Positions 56,209 to 62,405 of a DNA stretch of 64,000 bases are shown one piece after another; positions within the stretch are counted from its first letter, which is position 1; every line of letters begins with the position of its first letter. The stretch covers positions 32,001 through 96,000 of the IMG/VR virus record IMGVR_UViG_3300047321_000298. One strand, 5' to 3'. The notes below the pieces were generated by a model. That model searched no databases. It saw only the letters and a list, made by a program, of their open reading frames with translations, and was not told the DNA's origin. The position numbers were made by a program, and so were the translations under genes. The DNA comes from a virus. Its lineage: Duplodnaviria > Caudoviricetes.

Positions 56209-57003
56209 TTAAACCTGGTTGCTGGCTGGCGGATTACGCAGCGGCTCAAGGATCACTGCAATCAGGTCGCGGCCGATGTTCTGCGTCATCACAGGCACCG
56301 AGTTCGCGCGGGTCCGAGCCTGCTTAACAGCCGTGATCAGTTCGTCCAGAGTCGCGATAACCTGCGCCTTCTGGATTGCGGTCGTCGCGCCCGACACGTT
56401 TTCCTGCGTGAACGTGCCGATGATCTTGTCGCTGGTCACTTCCTTGACCTGTGCCGGGTGCTTGTCCGAGTGCGGGTACAGGACCACGGGCACAGTCTGC
56501 TTTTCGGTCTTGGTCGTGATCGACGGATGTGCTGCCTTCCACGTACCGGCTTGTGCCGCGTTGGGGTCGATGCGCCAATCCTTCGATGCGTCCAGCGTCG
56601 GGATTTGCATCGCGAGCTTGCGCAGTTCGCCCAGACGCACTTCCAGACCCATCAACTCATCGACCGGCACATTCTCTGCGAATGTTTGTCCACGGAATTC
56701 GATGTTGGCGAGAGCGGTCGTGTTGGTCAGGTTCTTCGACGCCAGAACGTCTTCGGCCTTCGCCCAGTAGCTCAGGAAGTAGTCCAGAGTCGTGAGCACC
56801 GTTGTCGGCAGCGTCTTATCCTGGCGCGCGGCCTTTTCGAGGTCTTCGTTGTTCGGATCGTCACCGAGCAGCTTCAGGGTCTTCGTGAAGCCCGTGAAGT
56901 AGTTGTCACCCTTTTCAAATTTCGTCAGGGTGTCCTTAGCCATCGCGTCGCGCGAATTTGTTGCCGTCTTTTCAGCGGCCAACAGTTCATGAAGTTGAGC
57001 CAT
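56209..57003 (-). CDS. Conserved-looking helical phage protein (MAQLHELLAAEK... family)
   Basis: Resembles a widespread phage/bacterial hypothetical family (recalled, not searched). Confidence 0.7.
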   Translation of the reverse strand: MAQLHELLAAEKTATNSRDAMAKDTLTKFEKGDNYFTGFTKTLKLLGDDPNNEDLEKAARQDKTLPTTVLTTLDYFLSYWAKAEDVLASKNLTNTTALANIEFRGQTFAENVPVDELMGLEVRLGELRKLAMQIPTLDASKDWRIDPNAAQAGTWKAAHPSITTKTEKQTVPVVLYPHSDKHPAQVKEVTSDKIIGTFTQENVSGATTAIQKAQVIATLDELITAVKQARTRANSVPVMTQNIGRDLIAVILEPLRNPPASNQV

Positions 57004-57084
57004 GTGTGTTTGTATGAGCAAGAGTTATGGGGCCTTACACTTCTTATTTACTGGAGCGTCCACGTTTCCGCTCGATTATTTTAG

Positions 57085-57112
57085 TTGACGGTCTGTGCAA
57101 TCAGTGTATAAT
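57085..57112 (+). promoter_or_regulatory. Near-consensus sigma70 promoter
   Basis: TTGACG-16 nt-TATAAT. Confidence 0.75.
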
Positions 57113-57149
57113 CGTTTCTGTGGTGATGACGAGCGAACTGGGGAACGAA

Positions 57150-57344
57150 ATGGCTACGAAGAAGAGACTGACAACGGCACAAAAGGCGGCGTTGAAGGCG
57201 TACGAATACGCTTTGAGGCAGGAAGATCGTTACCTTGGTTCTGTGTTCGTTACGCCGCAAGGTCAGCGCGATGTCGAAGCGAAGACCAGGGCAGCATACG
57301 ACCACTGCAAGTCGTTGGGCATGACGCACGAGCATGGCCTTTAA
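57150..57344 (+). CDS. Hypothetical protein
   Basis: First gene after the promoter; GGGG RBS. Confidence 0.65.
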   Translation: MATKKRLTTAQKAALKAYEYALRQEDRYLGSVFVTPQGQRDVEAKTRAAYDHCKSLGMTHEHGL

Positions 57345-57374
57345 AAGCAGCATCGCAAACTTAAAGAGAACAGA

Positions 57375-57602
57375 ATGAATTCTGCCTACTACGCTCCGCT
57401 GGTTCTTCTCCCCGCTATCGTCACTGAGCCAGGGAGTTACCTGACCCGTTGCGGCGAAACCGTGACTGTCACCGCCGTTTCGATTCGGCATGATCACGGA
57501 TGCAAAGGCACCTACTCGAACGGCGTCAGTGAAGGCTGGCACAAGAGCGGTCGTATTTTCGCGGGGCAAGAAACCGCGAACGACATTGTCAAAGCGGTTT
57601 AA
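57375..57602 (+). CDS. Hypothetical protein
   Basis: YLTRCGETVTV...W...G small beta protein. Confidence 0.65.
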   Translation: MNSAYYAPLVLLPAIVTEPGSYLTRCGETVTVTAVSIRHDHGCKGTYSNGVSEGWHKSGRIFAGQETANDIVKAV

Positions 57603-57641
57603 CGCGAGCGTGGCGGTTCGGGAACCCTTCTAGGAGCAGTT

Positions 57642-57827
57642 ATGACTTTCGAAGAATGGATGCAGCGGCCGGTGTACGTTGCTCAGTGTAAGACTGCGAC
57701 GCTGGCCGGGGAGTTGGGAATCAGCGGCTACTATTTCCGCAAGCTCCCGGCGTACCGAAGCGAACAGGACAAGGCTGACCGAAAACTGATAGCGGACGCG
57801 ATGCGCAAGATTCGGAACAACCGGTAA
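57642..57827 (+). CDS. Hypothetical protein
   Basis: AGGAG RBS; ends before a terminator. Confidence 0.65.
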   Translation: MTFEEWMQRPVYVAQCKTATLAGELGISGYYFRKLPAYRSEQDKADRKLIADAMRKIRNNR

Positions 57828-57843
57828 GTCGAGCAGATAAAAG

Positions 57844-57879
57844 AAAAGCCCCGTCAAATCTCACTTTGACGGGGCTTTT
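57844..57879. terminator. Bidirectional intrinsic terminator
   Basis: AAAAGCCCCGTCAAA-TCTCAC-TTTGACGGGGCTTTT. Confidence 0.9.
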
Positions 57880-57883
57880 GTTT

Positions 57884-57961
57884 TGGCAGGGGGTACAGGA
57901 TTCGAACCTGTGCATGCTGGGATCAAAACCCAGTGCCTTAACCGGACTTGGCGAACCCCCA
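57884..57961 (-). tRNA. tRNA-Gln(TTG)
   Basis: Cloverleaf; CTGGG-TTTTGAT-CCCAG; encoded CCA. Confidence 0.92.
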
Positions 57962-57976
57962 ACTGAAACAAACTAC

Positions 57977-58107
57977 TGGTCGGAACAGCAGGAATCGAAC
58001 GCTGCGTCATCCTCTCCCTACCGGGCTTCAAGACACATGCGGTGTGCTGAGTGCATGCTGAATTGTGGGTCCCGGCGAGGATTACTCTACCTTTGAGCTA
58101 TGCTCCG
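57977..58107 (-). ncRNA. tRNA-Pro-like shell with anticodon arm expanded into a long nested helix
   Basis: Acceptor CGGAGCA/TGTTCCG + A-CCA; D arm GCTC-AAAGGTA-GAGT; bulged T arm; ATCCTC/GAGGAT, GCCGGG/CCCGGT, TTCA/TGAA, GCATGC/GCATGT. Confidence 0.72.
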
Positions 58108-58196
58108 AGTGGAACAGGGTGAGCGTGCGTGCGCTCAAGAAGTGGCGAGTTTCAGGCGGGCCTCTTTGTTGTGTTGCTCGCACGCTCAAAACTTAC

Positions 58197-58484
58197 TTAC
58201 GAAACGACGCCCATGATTTCAGCTTCTTGGAAAAGCGTCAGTTCTTCACCGTCAACCTCAACCGGGTAACCAGCGTTCGGATTGAAGTGAACGATGTCAC
58301 CGACCTTCACTGTCATAGGTACGACGCGGCCGTCAGCCACGAAATGACCGGCACCGACTGCAACGACTTCGCCCTGATCGGGACGCTGCTCGCGGTTGGA
58401 AGGGATCACGATGCCTGAGGCAGTCGTCTGCGGCTTAACAGTGACACGGACCAGCAAGCGATCATACAGCGGTTGAAACGGCAT
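58197..58484 (-). CDS. groES: Co-chaperonin GroES
   Basis: QPLYDRLLV, TTASGIVIP mobile loop, GEVVAVGAG, VKVGD. Confidence 0.93.
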   Translation of the reverse strand: MPFQPLYDRLLVRVTVKPQTTASGIVIPSNREQRPDQGEVVAVGAGHFVADGRVVPMTVKVGDIVHFNPNAGYPVEVDGEELTLFQEAEIMGVVS

Positions 58485-58513
58485 TTTGTACCTTTGATTT
58501 GAGCAAGAAACTT

Positions 58514-58589
58514 TGGCTCCATAGCCTGGGCTCGAACCAGGGACCAACGGATTAACAGTCCGCTACTCTACCAACTGAGCTACTATGGA
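58514..58589 (-). tRNA. tRNA-Asn(GTT)
   Basis: Canonical 76-nt cloverleaf with CCA. Confidence 0.95.
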
Positions 58590-58608
58590 ACAGACGAGAA
58601 CTTAATTC

Positions 58609-58694
58609 GTATAGGCGGTGATGATCGAAGCCAGCGGGCCCGCTAGGAGGCGCGTACAAGGAAGACGCGCTACGACGATCATCACCGCCTATAC
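58609..58694. ncRNA. Candidate structured RNA: perfect 19-bp stem closing two hairpins
   Basis: GTATAGGCGGTGATGATCG / CGATCATCACCGCCTATAC; inner AGCG/CGCT and GCGCGT/ACGCGC hairpins. Confidence 0.55.
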
Positions 58695-58844
58695 AAACTT
58701 GAGGGGTGGAGACTTATCGTCTCCGACTTCTTGTGCCGACAGCAGGTAGCTAATCCGCTGAATACCTGTAGATTCAGGTTGTCCTGGTGCGCTAGACACT
58801 GCAGGCTCCGTTTCCAGAGCGTTGCAAGCGTGACCGGCGAATTC

Positions 58845-58920
58845 TGGCGAGGTGTAGGGGATTCGAACCCCTGACATGCGGATAGACAATCCGCTGCTCT
58901 ACCAACTGAGCTAACACCCC
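58845..58920 (-). tRNA. tRNA-Asp(GTC)
   Basis: Canonical cloverleaf with CCA. Confidence 0.95.
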
Positions 58921-58938
58921 TTTACTGATTGAAACTCG

Positions 58939-59097
58939 AAGGTCGGGCAGGATTCGAACCTGCGGACGGTATGGGAAAGTCGGACCTTTGACACCGATAG
59001 CCTGATCAGGAGCAACCGCCTACGCGTTGATGCTCTGGTCAGACAGTCCCAACCCGTTCTTGTCTCGGTCACCATTAAGCCACTCTGGCACCGACCC
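58939..59097 (-). ncRNA. tRNA-like shell (U73, Cys/Gly-type end) with ~110-nt structured insertion replacing the anticodon arm
   Basis: Acceptor GGGTCGG/CCGACCT; D arm CCA-GAGTGGCTTAA-TGG; perfect T arm GCAGG-TTCGAAT-CCTGC; no CCA. Confidence 0.72.
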
Positions 59098-59106
59098 TCA
59101 CAACTC

Positions 59107-59364
59107 TTAAGCTCCGTGCGGCGTCAGCCTTACATGCCCGTCGTCGCTAAGTACTGCCCGCCACTGATCACCACCGTGAGACTTTGGCGTTCGCATGATG
59201 TAGTGAACAGCATCACGTGTCCGGTACCCGCTGATGATGTGTACAGGAGGGTCCCAGCGCGCTTCGTTATCTCGCATTTCCGACACGGTCAGCGCCCGGG
59301 GCCAGGGCCAACTCTGCGGTTGCGTGACACCAAAGCCGAATATCGAAGACACCTCAACTTGCAC
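59107..59364 (-). CDS. Hypothetical protein
   Basis: GAGGTG RBS before GTG. Confidence 0.55.
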   Translation of the reverse strand: MQVEVSSIFGFGVTQPQSWPWPRALTVSEMRDNEARWDPPVHIISGYRTRDAVHYIMRTPKSHGGDQWRAVLSDDGHVRLTPHGA

Positions 59365-59388
59365 GGATCACCTCGTCAAAACGTTTAG

Positions 59389-59473
59389 TGGTGGGTGCGG
59401 AAGGATTCGAACCTTCGAAGGCAGAGCCGCCGGATTTACAGTCCAGCCCGTTTGACCGCTTCGGTACACACCC
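59389..59473 (-). tRNA. tRNA-Tyr(GTA)
   Basis: Class II cloverleaf with CCA. Confidence 0.95.
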
Positions 59474-59513
59474 ATTACTAAATGTTCCAATTACTACGGC
59501 CCAAAGAGTTGGG

Positions 59514-59624
59514 CATCCCCGGGAGGACTCGAACCTCACAGCGCCCCGTAACTGCTGTCGCAGCGCGAGACACGTCGGACCGAAGTCCGCACGTACAGGC
59601 TACCAATTACCTGCATACAGGGGT
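59514..59624 (-). ncRNA. tRNA-like RNA with cUUCGg tetraloop in place of the anticodon loop
   Basis: D arm CAGG-TAATTGGTAG-CCTG; CGGAC-TTCG-GTCCG; CTGC-GACA-GCAG; T arm GAGG-TTCGAGT-CCTC; acceptor 6/7 paired. Confidence 0.72.
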
Positions 59625-59635
59625 ACTGATACAAT

Positions 59636-59723
59636 TGGCGGAAGCGGTGAGATTCGAACTCACGGATAGTTTCCCATCGCCGGTTTTCAAGACCGGTGCC
59701 TTAAACCCCTCGGCCACACTTCC
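59636..59723 (-). tRNA. tRNA-Ser(TGA)
   Basis: Class II cloverleaf with CCA. Confidence 0.95.
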
Positions 59724-59909
59724 CCTTCACTAACCTATTTACTACAGCGCTTCGGTTTCCCGAAACTTTCTTTGCAAATCTTTCTGCTGTGCCCGACGCT
59801 GCTTCGACTGAACGTTGCGCCCGTGCTTTCCACGCTCGCGAAACATCATCTCTGCAATCATCGGGTTGCGCGGCTTCATCAGATTGTCCACCACGTTACC
59901 TTTTCAAAT

Positions 59910-59986
59910 TGGAGGCGGTACCCAGATTCGAACTGGGGAACCAAGGATTTGCAATCCTGGACCTTAGACCACTCAGACATACCGCC
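59910..59986 (-). tRNA. tRNA-Cys(GCA)
   Basis: TT-GCA-AA loop, U73, CCA. Confidence 0.9.
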
Positions 59987-59997
59987 GTATTTAAAAC

Positions 59998-60074
59998 TGG
60001 TGGGCCGTGCCTGACTCGAACAGGCAACCAACGAATTATGAGTTCGCTGCTCTAACCGCTTGAGCTAACGGCCC
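59998..60074 (-). tRNA. tRNA with CAT anticodon, Ile2 (lysidine) type most likely
   Basis: GGGCCGT acceptor and CT-CAT-AA loop resemble E. coli ileX. Confidence 0.88.
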
Positions 60075-60076
60075 AC

Positions 60077-60289
60077 TTACAGAATGAATAACAGTTCCCT
60101 GAGCTTGCCGTTCTGCTCCAGCAATACCTTGCAACCCGCGTCTCGCTGCTTCTGCAAGAAGCTCTCGGTGCTGATGGCCCTGCGTACGGCTTCTGACAGG
60201 CTGATGCTTTGCGATTCCGCTAGATACTGGAGAGCGTCAGCCACGTCCGGTGCGAGGTCTGCGTTCAATCTCACTTTCTTCGTCTTCAT
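60077..60289 (-). CDS. Ribbon-helix-helix (CopG-like) DNA-binding protein
   Basis: KVRLNADL...LQYLAE...SLSEAVRRAI. Confidence 0.75.
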   Translation of the reverse strand: MKTKKVRLNADLAPDVADALQYLAESQSISLSEAVRRAISTESFLQKQRDAGCKVLLEQNGKLRELLFIL

Positions 60290-60419
60290 TTTCTGCCCCG
60301 ATTCGGTGTTGTAACTGAGGCGATTTTACGGAGCAGTGAAGCGACTGTGTGATCGGTGTTCTACTAGGAGTACCGCAGAGCAGGTAAGTCTTTGATTCTA
60401 CAAGTAGCACCTGCAACAT

Positions 60420-61025
60420 CTATTGCGGTTCGAACGTGAACTTTTCCAGGAACTCTGAAACCGGACGCGACCATATGGCACCAGCTTCGTCACGGTACAC
60501 GACAGTCGGAACGAAATCCGGCTTTGTCGAGCGTTCGTTCGACACGATGAGAACTTCGTATTCGTTGCCAGTCTTCGGGTGCGTCCACTTGCGGCCTGCT
60601 CGCAGATTTTCAGGAATCGGCGCGGGGGCACGGACTGCAGCCACGTTTACGACTTCCGCACCTTGCACAAACGTGGTCGTAAACTCCACGCAGTCACGGG
60701 TTGCGACGAGTCCGATTTTGCCATCGTCAACGTTCAAGCCTTTGGTGAAGCGTGCAGCGATGTCCTGAAGCTCAGCCTCGGTCGGGGTCCACGAGTCGTT
60801 GCCTGCCGTGATGTGAAGCAGCGTGCGTACTTTGTCTGTCATGTTCGATCCTTCGTTCAGTCCTTTCTTGTAGGACTGGAAAATTGCGTCTGCTAGGCAT
60901 GGAACATCCCAAGGACGCTTGTTGATAAACAAGGAGGCGATTGAGTTGGCTTCGCTCATGCACCACGCGGGGATTCCGTGAAACGTTCCGTCATCTCTGG
61001 CGTTGAAACCTTCGGGCATCGTCAT
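60420..61025 (-). CDS. Fusion of a portal-clip-like segment and a DUF1653-like domain
   Basis: HITAGNDSWTPTEAELQ vs portal HLTAGDDNWTPTGEELQ; C-terminal WTHPKTGNEYEV...VVYRD...IWSRPVSEFLEKF. Confidence 0.75.
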   Translation of the reverse strand: MTMPEGFNARDDGTFHGIPAWCMSEANSIASLFINKRPWDVPCLADAIFQSYKKGLNEGSNMTDKVRTLLHITAGNDSWTPTEAELQDIAARFTKGLNVDDGKIGLVATRDCVEFTTTFVQGAEVVNVAAVRAPAPIPENLRAGRKWTHPKTGNEYEVLIVSNERSTKPDFVPTVVYRDEAGAIWSRPVSEFLEKFTFEPQ

Positions 61026-61204
61026 AGATCAAGAAATGTTTTGTAGAAGGACTCGAACTGCTTTTCGCATTCGATGATTGCCATCTGCTCAGCGTCCGGC
61101 CGTCCCTTCAATAGTTTGCGTCTGCGCCGGATGTCCTCGAAGTCCAGAAGCATAGACTTGTAGAATTCCGGATCGAAGAAATCACGGTTGGATATCAGCA
61201 CCAT
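61022..61204 (-). CDS. Hypothetical protein
   Basis: Coupled ORF. Confidence 0.5.
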   Translation of the reverse strand: MVLISNRDFFDPEFYKSMLLDFEDIRRRRKLLKGRPDAEQMAIIECEKQFESFYKTFLDL

Positions 61205-61476
61205 ACGACTTTGTTTTCGCGCACGAAGTAGTGCGAGTTGCACGGCATCTGGAAATTGCCGATAGAAGGGGAGAGCGTCACCTTGCCGTCGATGTTCGTC
61301 ATGGACCAGCCGGTGTACGGATTGTGAATCGGGGTGACCGTCTGTTGGTTACACCAGCCACACGCACACAGGTGGATTGCTACCCCGTATTTCTCGGATA
61401 TGTACAGCTTGCCTTGTTCGAGTTCGGAGTCGATAAGCTCAACGAAAACAGGCTCCAGTTCAAACAGCTTGGTCAT
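61195..61476 (-). CDS. DUF6527-like protein
   Basis: HLCACG...VTP...W...VTLSPSIGN...C.SHYFVR. Confidence 0.75.
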   Translation of the reverse strand: MTKLFELEPVFVELIDSELEQGKLYISEKYGVAIHLCACGWCNQQTVTPIHNPYTGWSMTNIDGKVTLSPSIGNFQMPCNSHYFVRENKVVWC

Positions 61477-61530
61477 TCGTGCCTCACAGAATGAAACAGG
61501 CTGCTACCTGTTGAGGGCAGCAGCCTGCGT

Positions 61531-61803
61531 TCAAAAGTCCGGATAGACTCCGGTATCCAGAAACTCATGCCAGCGGTTGGATGCGCGGTTAGACAGTTCA
61601 TCCGAGTCGGACACCTCGTCCCAGTGCGCGCGTTCGTCAAACGATTCTTCGCTGCGTTCGATGCGAGTGAGTAACCGTTCTTCTATCTTACGAACGAACC
61701 GGCGTTCGCGCTGCCGATGCTTTGGGCTGGGTCCGCAGCACGGACAGTGGTAGCCGCCCGGACCGTAGCTGATGAGTTTGTGGTGATAGCCTTTTGCTTT
61801 CAT
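61531..61803 (-). CDS. Hypothetical protein with HCPCC motif
   Basis: GGAGG RBS, ATG 61803. Confidence 0.6.
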   Translation of the reverse strand: MKAKGYHHKLISYGPGGYHCPCCGPSPKHRQRERRFVRKIEERLLTRIERSEESFDERAHWDEVSDSDELSNRASNRWHEFLDTGVYPDF

Positions 61804-61872
61804 GATTGCCTCCATTAGATGATCTAATGTCGCTTCATGATTGCCTCCTTGTCGGTCGTTACTCTTCAGTAT

Positions 61873-62088
61873 TTAGTCTCTAGTCCGATACTCATCTGGG
61901 TACAGAGCAGACATCGCCACCACGGAACAGTACGAAGCGCACCGCTCATCCGCTAGGCCCAGGTTCATTGCGTCGGCTATCAACAGTAACGCCCTGCGTG
62001 TGCGCGTAGGCGCATGCGGTTCATTCGTTACTGACTTCACCAAGTCCACGCACTTCGCCTGTATAGCTGCGTCGGTACTCCAGACCAT
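61873..62088 (-). CDS. Hypothetical protein
   Basis: GGAG RBS. Confidence 0.55.
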   Translation of the reverse strand: MVWSTDAAIQAKCVDLVKSVTNEPHAPTRTRRALLLIADAMNLGLADERCASYCSVVAMSALYPDEYRTRD

Positions 62089-62091
62089 AGC

Positions 62092-62310
62092 TCAACTCCT
62101 GTAGAAACCCATGTCGATGAAATCAGAGTTGTTCAGGCCAAGGTACTCGAACTCTGCGTACGCCTTGTCTGAAATCTTCAGAGGCTGGCCATTTGCGCCC
62201 AGCCACTCGATGTCTTTGACCTCGTGCTTGTTCACAGAACGCAGGAACTTGCGCGCGTTGAGCACGTCCTGAACGTTGATCTTGACCTTTTCCTTGGGTT
62301 TCTGTGCCAT
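62092..62310 (-). CDS. Hypothetical protein
   Basis: ORF downstream of tRNA-Pro. Confidence 0.6.
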   Translation of the reverse strand: MAQKPKEKVKINVQDVLNARKFLRSVNKHEVKDIEWLGANGQPLKISDKAYAEFEYLGLNNSDFIDMGFYRS

Positions 62311-62328
62311 GCTTCTCTCTTGTATGTG

Positions 62329-62405
62329 TGGTCGGAGATACAGGATTCTAGCCTGTGACCCCTTGATCCCAAATCAAGTGCGCTACCAGACTGCGCTAAT
62401 CTCCG
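62329..62405 (-). tRNA. tRNA-Pro(TGG) with atypical T loop CTAGAAT
   Basis: CGGAGAT/ATCTCCG acceptor, TT-TGG-GA loop, CCA. Confidence 0.88.

Noticed and set aside
59700-59895. Small basic ORF MKPRNPMIAEMM... between tRNA-Cys and tRNA-Ser
   Set aside because: Plausible RBS, but the frame runs into tRNA-Ser and it is below the ORF-track cutoff; not supportable as a feature.
57721-60055. Short ORFs overlapping tRNA and tRNA-like genes (e.g. 57866, 58689, 59354, 59388, 59482, 59789)
   Set aside because: They overlap RNA genes and have no RBS or protein-like features.
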